Source: Eledone cirrhosa (Eukaryota). Taken from it: a stretch of 64,000 nucleotides of DNA. A program made the position numbers and the translations under genes. The notes under the pieces were generated by a model, which made no database searches, was not told the DNA's origin, and saw only the letters and a list, made by a program, of their open reading frames with translations. This document shows positions 37,807 through 47,775 of the stretch, piece after piece (the first letter of the stretch is position 1; the number at the start of each line of letters is the position of its first letter). The stretch covers positions 275,342,001 through 275,406,000 of the forward strand of contig OZ024740.1 of NCBI GenBank assembly GCA_964016885.1, given 5' to 3'.

Positions 37807-40800
37807 GATGGACTACGGAATTCTGGAGAGTTGAAGAGAGAAAAATGTGGACGCTCAGCGACAATGCCAAAGATAAAGCCAAATTCACCTCGTGGACGAG
37901 AATGCAAGCACTCCTCCTTGTTTCGGCCCAGGATGGCTAACATAACCCCCCCCCCCGCGCCCCACCGCTCCCACCCTCCAAACGCAATCCAAAACTTCAG
38001 AGTTGGTACCATGAATGTAGGCACCTTAAAGGGTCGCTCTAACGAGGTTGTAGAAATGCTTGAACGTAAGGAGGTCGATGTTTGTTGTATTCAAGAGACC
38101 AGGTGGAGGGGAGGGTCGGCTAGATTCATCGTGGGTAAAGAACGATGCTATAAGCTTTTCTGGGTGGGAAATGACAATGGGTTGGGTGGGGTAGGAATCA
38201 TGGTAGCAGAAAAGTGGGCAGATAAGATAATAGACGTAAATAGAGTGAACGACAGAATAATTAAAATAAGACTTGTCCTCAATAAAACTACGGTGACAGT
38301 AATATCTGCGTACGCACCCCAATCCGGACTGCCCGGCACTATAAAAGACAGATTCTACGAGACACTGATGCTCACTACCTCCCAAATAACCGACAGTGAC
38401 TATATAGTTATTGCAGGCGACCTAAATGGTCATGTTGGACAACATTGTGACGGCTATGACGGAATCCATGGAGGCTATGGGTTCGGTACTAGAAATGAGG
38501 AAGGCTCCAGAATCCTGGAATTATGCGACGCAAATAACTTAACTATCTGTAACACTAACTTCAAAAAACGAGACAATCACTTGATCACCTATAGATCGGG
38601 GGAACACACAAGCCAGGTAGATTATATCCTTACCAGAAGACGTGACAGAGTGTCTGTTGTTAACACTAAATCCCACCCCCATGAAGAATTCACCCCCCAA
38701 CATAGACTGATAATTAGCGACGTCATAGTCAGGATGAGACGTACTAGACAGCGGAAGAGGACTATCCTCAGGAGAAAAATATGGAAGCTAAAGGACCCCA
38801 TAGCCAGAAATAAATTTCAAAGCATATTACTTGACGCTTTCGACAGTAAGGAAGAGCAATTAGAGTCGTATAATATAGAGGAACAGTGGGAATTCCTGAG
38901 AGCAAACCTGCTGACGGCGGCAGACAAAGTCTGTGGCTGGAGCAGGCCTGTAGGTAGGAGGAGAGTAACATGGTGGTGGAACAGTAAGGTGGAGGAGTCA
39001 ATTAAGGCCAAAAAGCAGGCTTGGAAAGTATGGCGGGATGGGGGAAGTAGAGAAGACTATCAAGTGGCCAGGAGGGAAGCTAGGAGACAAGTGTACTTCG
39101 CAAGAAGGGAAGCAGAGGAAAGAAAGTTCAAGCATGTTCTACAACGTGAGGACCAAAAACGTGAGGTGTTCAGGATTGCCAGGCAATGTGTCAAGGAAAA
39201 CCGTGATATCGTCGGGGAGAAGTGTGTACTTAACGATGATGGCATACTTGCCATCACCGATGCTGATAAGAAGGTAGCTTGGAAGTGTCACTACGAAAGG
39301 CTTCTAAATGAGGAGAACAAATGGGAGAAAGACAGTCTCCCCCAGATCGATCCAATAGAGGGACCAGCAGTGTTAGTTGAAGGTAGTATAATAAGTAAGG
39401 CAATCAAAGATATGAAGACGGGTAAGGCTGCTGGGCCTTCGGAAATAGTTGCTGAGATGCTGAAGGCATCTGGTTCGGTGGGACACACCATGGTCACCCG
39501 GATAGTTAACCAAGTCGTACAGAATGGGGTTGTTCCGAAGGAATGGCGTAGCAGCATCATCATTAACTGCTATAAGGGAAAAGGAGATGCCCTAGATAGG
39601 AGTAACTATAGAGGCATTAAATTAATCGACCAGGTCATGAAGGTCACAGAAAAAGTAATAGCGCAACTAATCAGAGAGAGAATTGATCTAGATGAAATGC
39701 AGTTCGGGTTTGTGTCAGGCAAAAGTACCACAGACGCTCTTTTGATTGTACGACAACTACAGGAGAAGTACCTAGCTAAAAGTAAACCCCTATACTTAGC
39801 TTTCGTCGACTTGGAGAAAGCCTTCGACAGAGTCCCCCGTTCCATTATCTGGTGGTCTCTTAGAAAACTAGGTGTTGACGAATGGCTTGTGAGAGCTATA
39901 CAAGCCATGTATAAAGAAACAGTCAGTAAGGTTAGAATTAACAACGAATATAATGAAGAGTTTAGCGTAAAAGTTGGTGTCCATCAGGGCTCTGTTCTTA
40001 GCCCCCTACTATTTATTATTGCCCTTCAGGCTATAACAGAGGAGTTCAAGACCGGCTGCCCATGGGAACTCCTATACGCAGATGATCTAACGCTCATAGC
40101 TGAATCAATGACCGAACTAGAGAAGAAATTCCAAACATGGAAGCACGGCCTAGAATCAAAAGGCCTTAAAATTAACCTGGCTAAGACTAAAGTTCTAGTT
40201 TGTAGGAAAGAAAATAAGGCGGCGGTCCTATCTGGGAAATGGCCATGCTCAGTGTGTAGGAAAGGCGTAGGTAGAAACTCCATTTTATGTCCCAAATGCA
40301 AAGTATGGGTGCATAAAAGATGTAGTGGGATCACAGGTAAGCTAACTAAGAACATAGATTTTACATGTGGCCGGTGCTCTGGTGCAATAAGTAGCAGCAA
40401 GTGCCCACAAAATACTAGCTCCTTCAACTGCGCAGAGGGTTCTATAGAAATAGTGGACAGCTTCCGTTATCTGGGTGACAAAATCAGCAGTGGGGGAGGG
40501 TGCTCTGAAAGTACAGTAGCTAGAGTCAGAACTGGATGGAAAAAGTTCAGAGAGCTTATACCACTATTAGCCGCTAGAGGGTTCTCCCTAAAAATGAAAG
40601 GCAGGTTATACGATGCCTGCATACGAACAGCAATGCTGCATGGCAGTGAGACCTGGGCATTGTGTGCAGAGGATATACGCAGACTAGAGAGGAACGAAGC
40701 TTGCATGCTCCGCTGGATGTGCAATAGTAATATACGTGAACGGCAAAGCATAAACGAACTAAGGAAAAAATTAGAAATAAGAGGGATCAGATGTTGTTTA

Positions 40801-41540
40801 CTCGAGAGAAGGCTACGTTGGTATGGTCACGTGATGCGCATGAAAGACGACAGCTGTATAACAAAGTGCAGGGCAATAAAGATAGACGGTAGCCACGGAG
40901 TAGGCAGACCCAGAAAAACATGGGACGAGCTGATAAATTCCGACCTCACACGCTTACACCTCTCCAAGACAATGTCACTGGACCGAGACCTTTGGCGGTA
41001 CTCAGTAATAGAGAAGACCCGCCTTACCTAAATACAAAGTAAAAACCTACTACAGTCAGTAGGCATCTCTATCAAAACACACCCCCGTCCCACCACCTCC
41101 ACCCCACCCACACCGCCCCTTTCAATGTAAAGTTATGTTGGTCCCACAACATCCAGGCCGAAACAAATGAGATCGTGTAGGTGTCACAACAAAAAACACA
41201 CAGTCCACGCTGTAAATGTGGCCGTGTAGGCAACACGGTAAAAACCTCCCAGCCCCACACTGTAAATGTGGTTGGTGTTAGGAAGGGCATCCAGCTGTAG
41301 AAAACCCGCCAGACAGTCCACGCTGTAATGTGGCCATGTAGGCAACACGGTAAAAACCTCCCAGCCCCACACTGTAAATGTGGTTGGTGTTAGGAAGGGC
41401 ATCCAACTGTAGAAAACCCGCCAGACAGTCCTATGCGAGCAAGACAACCACTCTTGCCTCAAGTGGGAAAACCCCCGTCCAAACCCATGCAAGCGTGGAA
41501 CACGGACGCTAAACCTGATGATGATGATGATGATGATGAT
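37807..41540 (+). mobile_element. Apparently full-length RTE-clade non-LTR retrotransposon (LINE)
   Basis: Short 5' region, single APE+RT ORF, ~500-bp 3' UTR with an internal tandem duplication, and a (GAT)n tail at 41517-41540. Inserted into a mariner-type MITE with a possible 4-bp GAAG duplication. Confidence 0.95.
37831..41031 (+). CDS. RTE ORF: APE endonuclease + reverse transcriptase + PHD-type zinc finger (1066 aa from TTG; first ATGs at 37864 and 37933)
   Basis: APE motifs GTMNVGTL, CIQETRW, SAYAPQ, AGDLNGHVG, SQVDYIL. RT motifs NYRGIKL, QFGF, FVDLEKAFDRV, GVHQGSVLSPLLF, LYADD, FRYLG. C4HC3 finger. RTE C-terminal RLRWYGHV and GRPRKTW. No internal stops. Confidence 0.96.
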   Translation: MKREKCGRSATMPKIKPNSPRGRECKHSSLFRPRMANITPPPAPHRSHPPNAIQNFRVGTMNVGTLKGRSNEVVEMLERKEVDVCCIQETRWRGGSARFIVGKERCYKLFWVGNDNGLGGVGIMVAEKWADKIIDVNRVNDRIIKIRLVLNKTTVTVISAYAPQSGLPGTIKDRFYETLMLTTSQITDSDYIVIAGDLNGHVGQHCDGYDGIHGGYGFGTRNEEGSRILELCDANNLTICNTNFKKRDNHLITYRSGEHTSQVDYILTRRRDRVSVVNTKSHPHEEFTPQHRLIISDVIVRMRRTRQRKRTILRRKIWKLKDPIARNKFQSILLDAFDSKEEQLESYNIEEQWEFLRANLLTAADKVCGWSRPVGRRRVTWWWNSKVEESIKAKKQAWKVWRDGGSREDYQVARREARRQVYFARREAEERKFKHVLQREDQKREVFRIARQCVKENRDIVGEKCVLNDDGILAITDADKKVAWKCHYERLLNEENKWEKDSLPQIDPIEGPAVLVEGSIISKAIKDMKTGKAAGPSEIVAEMLKASGSVGHTMVTRIVNQVVQNGVVPKEWRSSIIINCYKGKGDALDRSNYRGIKLIDQVMKVTEKVIAQLIRERIDLDEMQFGFVSGKSTTDALLIVRQLQEKYLAKSKPLYLAFVDLEKAFDRVPRSIIWWSLRKLGVDEWLVRAIQAMYKETVSKVRINNEYNEEFSVKVGVHQGSVLSPLLFIIALQAITEEFKTGCPWELLYADDLTLIAESMTELEKKFQTWKHGLESKGLKINLAKTKVLVCRKENKAAVLSGKWPCSVCRKGVGRNSILCPKCKVWVHKRCSGITGKLTKNIDFTCGRCSGAISSSKCPQNTSSFNCAEGSIEIVDSFRYLGDKISSGGGCSESTVARVRTGWKKFRELIPLLAARGFSLKMKGRLYDACIRTAMLHGSETWALCAEDIRRLERNEACMLRWMCNSNIRERQSINELRKKLEIRGIRCCLLERRLRWYGHVMRMKDDSCITKCRAIKIDGSHGVGRPRKTWDELINSDLTRLHLSKTMSLDRDLWRYSVIEKTRLT

Positions 41541-42384
41541 GAAGAGTTGAAATTAATGCTTGCAAAATTTCACAGCTCTAGCATCACTCCTTCATAGGCT
41601 GACCAAGACACTTTCATGGAATGACCAAATGAGATTTATTTTTCAATACAGTCCCTGGAAAGAAACAATGCATTTATTAATAAGAAGAATTGAAATTAAT
41701 GCTTGCAAGATTTCATAGCTCTAGCATCACTCCTTCATAGTTAGCCAATAAACTTTTCAGTCTCCCCCCCCCCCCCATTAAAAACTGGGGTTAATTTAAT
41801 CACCTAACACCTTCTTCAAAATTTCTGGCCCTGTGCTCATTCTAAAAAAACATTTGCTATGTTATTTCCTTTATTCTTCTTTCCTTCTTTCCTTTCTTTT
41901 AAGTTTTCTTTCTAAACAACCATCCATCCATTCACCCATCAAATCAACTCACTAAACAGCTAACCAGTAATTTATCTGCAGCACCCCTCGGCGAATTACT
42001 CAACTAATCATCTATAACAACCATATGAAGTGTTTTTATGTAAGTGATTGACCTGCTAGAAACAGCAAAGAAATTGTCCTCAAATCACATTCCAACATAA
42101 TATATAAAATGAAAGAACAAATTAGTTAATCTATTAGTAGATAGAGGCCAACAAAACAGAGGATGGTCCTGGCTGGAGTGCCTTTCATCTCATGTCAGTT
42201 TGATCAGAGTTAACTAAAGGCTAAATAATACCCCTCCAATAAACTAACTCATAACAAGTCAATCAACCATTTAACTACAGGAAAGAAATCTTTCAGGACA
42301 AACCAACTAAAATTAGTTAAACCAAGCAACCAAGCAACCAGTCAATCGAAGTTTGTAAACTAGGCTGTCAGGTAAACCAGATAG

Positions 42385-42724
42385 AATGCTAAGCTTGGGG
42401 ATCAAAGAGTTACTCCAGGTTGATCCACTACTTCTCCAAATTGAGAGATCACAGCTCCGATATTATGGGTATATGGTTAGAATGTCTCAGGAAAGAGTCA
42501 CTGGATGGATTTTATGGGCAAAACCAACCAGCAGAAGACCCAAGCGGTTGACCTCGAGCAAGGTGTTTAGATAACATCCATTAGCTTAGCTGGTCTCACT
42601 TGTGGATCCAACCAGATAAATTGGAGACAGTTGCTTCTGATAGGACCTACTGGTAGAATACTTGAAGTCTCTGCAACATGACCAGAAGAAGAAGAAGAAG
42701 AAGAAGAAGAAGAAGAAGAAGAAG

Positions 42725-42760
<36 letters not shown>
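42385..42760 (+). pseudogene. 3' fragment of the older RTE-type LINE with (GAA)n/(GCA)n tail
   Basis: ORF DPLLLQIERSQLRYYGYMVRMSQER...KPTSRRPK followed by a (GAA)n tract. Confidence 0.75.
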
Positions 42761-43794
42761 GAAAAATAAAAAATAACAAAAAGAAGAAGAAAAAAAGAAA
42801 GATAGAAAAATGGCTACATAATGATATACAATGAAAAAAAATATATAAAGCAGACCTACAAAGTAAAATAAAATGAAATATAAGCTAACAAAGAATCCTA
42901 GCGTTAAATAAATTTTAAGAAAATATATAATATAAAAGGAAGGAAGAATCTGTGCCACAAATTAGCCATAGAAAATTAACCAAAATATTTCATCCTTTAT
43001 CTGAAAAAAAAAAGCTATAGATTTAACTTGCATAGACTTTTAAAAAAGAAGATGATGATTCCCAGACCATGACAACTCGTTCAAGTGAGCTAGTATTAAT
43101 GTGTTCACCTTTGTATTCATTGGGTGGATATTATGGTTTTAGATCAACATATAAGTGCATACTATATTTTTTTTAATCATGCAAAAATTAAAAAAAATAA
43201 CAAAAGTAGAAATATTTAACTCTTGACTAACGAGAACAAGATATAGTTGTATAAAAATTATTTATTTATTATTAGTATTATTATCATAATTGCATAAGTT
43301 GAACAGGTCTTTTCCAACAGAGCTTCCCTTCACTTGTTATGATCTTCCCTCATTGCCTCTTTGAGGTTCAGTATTTTGAGCTTTCCTCTAACCATTTCAA
43401 CCCAGGTGTTCCTTTATCTTCCTCTACTGCAGATTTCTCCCACTGGGAAATCCTGGCACTTCTTTACCCAATGATTATCATCCATATGCATCACATGTCC
43501 ATATCAGTGCAGTCTTTTCTCTTCTACATTTAATGATGATGATGATATTCAGATATGTGTGTGTAAATGTTTTTTGCATATGTGCATAGATATATAAAGA
43601 GATGTTAAAAGCACAAGAGAACTATATATATATATATATATTTATTTATTTATTCAATCGAAGAAAGTTGGTTGATTGAAAATCTGCTGACTAGTTCTTA
43701 ACAGATTTAAAGCACTCTGCGATTTATGTTCATCTGGTGTTTTACTATGATAATAATAAACAAGAAAGACGGTTTTATTTCTACATTGCAGAAA

Positions 43795-44210
43795 TTGTAA
43801 TAATTGCCCATTGAATAATAATTGTTTACAGAATAATAATTGTTTATCAATGTGAAGTAAAAATGAATAATAAGACTTATAGATATATTGGTGGAACTTA
43901 TACTAGATTTAAGGAAAGGTGGTATAACCATCGCCACTCATTTAAAAGAGCTGATAATAGATCTAGCACGTCCCTATCAGAACTAATTTGGTCACTAAGA
44001 AATAAACAAATGGACTACTCCCTTACTTGGTCAAAACTCTCACATGCTTTTCCATTTATAAATGGATCTATATCTAGGGGGTGTGACCTCTGTACTACAG
44101 AGACTCTTCACATCATAAATAGTAGGCATAAAATTATTAGTAAATGCTCTGAAATTTTTAATTCTTGTTTATACAAAATTAATAACACATTTCATAGATT
44201 ATATAATTAA
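43795..44210 (+). pseudogene. PLE GIY-YIG endonuclease domain remnant
   Basis: CRNCNNCPL...CL, a frameshift, then VYQCEVK...YIGGT.TRFKERWYNHRHSF...STSLS..IWSL...CDLCTTE...EIFNSC. Confidence 0.8.
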
Positions 44211-44214
44211 AACT

Positions 44215-44607
44215 TAATAATTGTTCCTATTTTGGCACAAGGCCAGCAATTACCCCAGTGCATTACTGGTACTTTATTTTATCTACCCCATAAGGATGAA
44301 AGGCAAAATTAACCTTGGTGGGATTTGAACTCAGACCGTAATGGGCCGTAACTTTATGCTGCAAAGCATGGCGTCCGACCCTCTGCTGATACTGCTAATT
44401 CACTGCCATTAAAACATAATTGTTTCTACTTTTTGGCACAAGGCCAGCAATTACCGAGTACATTACTGGTACTTTACTTTATCGACCCCGTAAGGATGAA
44501 AGGCAAAGTTAACCTCGGCGGGATTTGAACTCAGACCGTAAAGGCACGTAACTATGCTGGAAAGCATGGCGTCCGACTCTCTACTGATACTGCCAATCCA
44601 CTGCCAT
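44215..44607 (-). mobile_element. Two tandem SINE family A copies inside the PLE 3' UTR
   Basis: Same consensus. attaaaacataat repeated at 44408 and 44607 (TSD-like). Confidence 0.88.
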
Positions 44608-44974
44608 TAAAACATAATAATGCTAAATAGACCACCAAATAATTAATTCAACTTTCATTAATATATAGATACATTATAAAATCAACATAGAAGAACAAAT
44701 ATCTAAAATTTGAATCAGTATCTAAGGGAAGGAAATCTAGTATAACAAATAAATAAAAGATAGACTAACAGTTCAGACATGCCCCACTAGGAAGAAAGCG
44801 ACCAATCTGGTAATTTGATACCATAGCCAGTTCACAGCAGCAACACCAATTGAGATATCTATCTCCCTCACATATAGGAACTACTACTTGAAATTTTCTG
44901 ACATATGCTTACTGGCCGACGAACAATACATATGACTGGTAACTTATCAATGGACATTTACATCTCATTGGAAC

Positions 44975-45046
44975 TTTTGTCTGAAGAGAATACGTAGAGC
45001 AGCTGTTTTACAACTGCTATATGTCTTTGAAATATGTATAACAAAA
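44975..45046 (+). ncRNA. Type I hammerhead ribozyme motif in PLE 3' UTR
   Basis: ttttgt-CTGAAGA-(long stem II)-GAAA-tatgta-TA-acaaaa, downstream of the GIY-YIG remnant on the same strand. Confidence 0.72.
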
Positions 45047-45099
45047 TAAATAGGGATGTACAAAATAAACCGTCTTGTTTATTATTGTTATTATTATTA

Positions 45100-45275
45100 T
45101 TGGCAGTATCGGTAGAGGGTCAGACGCCATGCTTTCCAGCATAGTAACGTCCCTTTACGATCTGAGTTCAAATCCCGCCGAGGTTGACTTTGCCTTTCAT
45201 CCTTATGGGGTCGTTAAAATAAAGTACCAGTAATGCACTGGATAATTTGCTGGCCTTGTGCCTAAAGTAGAAACA

Positions 45276-45307
<32 letters not shown>

Positions 45308-45695
45308 CATTATATATATATATATATATATGTGTGTGTTTTGCAAGGTTTTTGATATGAAATCATTGTTAAAACAAATATTGTTATATTTGGGAGGGTT
45401 ATATTGTTATAATATTGCCAGAAATAAAAATAAAACACACACACTATTTGGTTTGGTTTGGAGATATAAAAGATAGAGAAGTGAAAACCAATCCAAACCA
45501 AACAGTGAGTGTGTTTCAGTATCAGTAGAGGGTCAGACGCCATGCTTTGCAGCAAAGAGTTACGACCCTTTATGGTCTGAGTTCAAATCCCGCCAAGGTT
45601 AACTTTGCCTTTCATCCTTACGGGGTCGATAAAATAAAGTACCAGTAATGCACTCGGTTAATTGCTGGCCTTGCGCCAAAGGTAGAAATAATTAT
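45100..45695 (+). mobile_element. SINE family A copies at 45100-45300 and 45517-45695
   Basis: Same consensus. Confidence 0.85.
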
Positions 45696-45744
45696 TATTT
45701 CTGGCAATATTATAACAATATGACCCTCCCCAAATATAACAAAT
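45376..45744. repeat. Palindromic element split by a SINE insertion
   Basis: 45376-45460 is the reverse complement of 45484-45517 plus 45690-45744. A related single arm lies at 23398-23505. Confidence 0.6.
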
Positions 45745-45756
45745 ATATATATACAT

Positions 45757-45820
<64 letters not shown>

Positions 45821-45941
45821 GGAAGCAGAAAATTGTTTTTGTGATCCAGTTCGTGGTTAAGAGAGCCAGTTTCATGGATGGTTTCAATGTACGGTTAGGG
45901 GTAACTCCACAAGTTTGTAAGAATTCCGTTCAATCTTGGAG

Positions 45942-46260
45942 TATAAAGTATAAAAGAGAAAATACAGGTAAGCATTAAGAGAAGGATTTTATCCAGGTAT
46001 TTACGACCGTTTGATTGGTAAGTGCAACCTTATATTGCTATACTGCAAATAGCAGCCACTCAAATGGAATTGTTGTTCAAAGTCCAAATTTTCAAAATAG
46101 TCACTGTGAACACAAAATGGACTGTGAACAACAATTATATTTGAGTGGCTGCTATTTGCAGTATAGCAATATAAGGTTGCACTTACCAATGAAACGGTCG
46201 TAAATACCTGGATAAAATCCTTCTCTTAATGCTTACCTGTGTTTTATCTTTTATACTATA
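45942..46260. repeat. Self-inverted PLE-type insert
   Basis: ~140-bp near-perfect arms, which produce the mirrored ORFs 46001-46189 and 46015-46203. GAAA-cggtcg-TA half-core at ~46191. Confidence 0.8.
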
Positions 46261-46944
46261 TATATATATATAAATGGAAAAAAATGAAACGAAATTTCAT
46301 TTCTCACCCTTAGTACGGCTGTTACTTAAATATAAGTATGTATACGTACATACATATATGTATACATACGTACAGTAGTATGTATATATATATATATACA
46401 TACATATATATATATATATGTACGTATGGATTTAAGAGTGAGAAATGAAATTTCGTTTCATTTTCTCCATTTATCGTTTTCGGTGCGCCCGGCCGATGCG
46501 CTCACTCGATATGCAAATTAGGCTGCTTAGTCATTAATATGCATAACGAAAGTATATACTTTCAGACGTTCGATCATCTGGCAGGAAGGTATACGGCGAA
46601 GAGGTGCCTTGATTCGTGCCTAGTGTACATGTGTACGGTGAACTCTAACCCCACTGAAAAGTTTTGTGAAATAGTCTTTTTAAGAATATATAGAGCATTT
46701 GTAGTTTTCTCCAAATTGAAGGATAAGTATTTAACCTTAATTTTATTCTGAGTTAAGACTCTATTCGTTTTTTCCCTGGATTTCACAAAATCTGTGGATA
46801 ATATTTCTGTCTTGACTTTTTTTTAAATTGAGTTTGAATTATTTTCCCATATCTTACGTTAAATATTTTCCATCTTGACGTTATAGTCACTTATATATTA
46901 TGAAATACTGTTGGCTTCTTGCTCACATTAATTTCTCTATTTTC

Positions 46945-46994
<50 letters not shown>

Positions 46995-47020
46995 GTGTGT
47001 GCATATATATATATATATAT

Positions 47021-47288
47021 ATATTGGTAAACGGAATAGAAAATGCTGACAAATTGTTCACAGTTGAAAAATGGTTTCATTAGGAATAAAAGAGTATTAG
47101 TGATTGTATGGGTTAGTATTCGGTTGTGGTTTTAAGTTTTTAAGTTTTATGTTAAAAAAATTGGCTCCAGCGTTATTTTTGTGTTGCAAAAATGCTTGTG
47201 GTCAAAACAATTTTGATTGGTCGGTAGAGGTCATGTGGATAAAAAATTGGTTTTGCGCCAAGATTGAGAAATGACTCTTTCACAACAA

Positions 47289-47336
<48 letters not shown>

Positions 47337-47396
47337 TAAGGTATTCAATGCTGCGACAATAGCCAGCAGCGATGTGTGTCAAATGGCTATTAAGAT

Positions 47397-47439
<43 letters not shown>

Positions 47440-47744
47440 CAGCAGAGTCATTCGAAGGTCAAAGGATATTTTTCAGCTTTTGTCTTATACGGAGAAGTGC
47501 GTGTGTGTGTGTGTGTGTATAAGTCTCTTTGTATGTTGATGTACGCGTGTGTTTGTGTATATATGTGTGTGTGTGTGGGGGGGGGGGGACCAGTATTTTT
47601 TTCCCCCTGGTAAAATGGTGTACATTATTCGATTTTTTCAGTAAAATCGGTTCTCTTAAGAGAACATCAAAAATTTTAACAATAAAAGGTGTGAAATGAT
47701 ATTCACTATATATATATACACACACACACACACATATTCACTAC

Positions 47745-47775
<31 letters not shown>

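Larger units (their letters stand above)
37692..41760. mobile_element. Mariner-type MITE (partly tandem-duplicated) split by the RTE insertion
   Basis: Left end caagggttcgctgaaaagttcaaaggctgacc (37692-37806). Right part 41541-41760 ends in ttagccaataaacttttcag. An uninterrupted junction is preserved at 41671-41702. Confidence 0.65.
43750..45090 (+). mobile_element. 5'-truncated Penelope-like element of a second family (GIY-YIG + 3' UTR with hammerhead), interrupted by two SINEs
   Basis: Endonuclease remnant, hammerhead motif at 44975-45046, and a short inverted copy of the 3' end (45056-45085) at 43751-43795. Confidence 0.75.

Noticed and set aside
37807-37933. HDV-like ribozyme in the RTE 5' UTR (cacctcgtgg)
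   Set aside because: Could not assemble P1/P1.1/P2/P3/P4 by eye. It needs a descriptor search.
38026-40751. Antisense ORFs within the RTE (and sense-strand ORFs at 47983-49573 over the PLE)
   Set aside because: Shadow frames of the real coding strand with no recognisable motifs.
46554-46640. U1-like snRNA downstream of the octamer motif
   Set aside because: Lacks the ATACTTACCTG 5' end, an Sm site and the U1 stem-loops.
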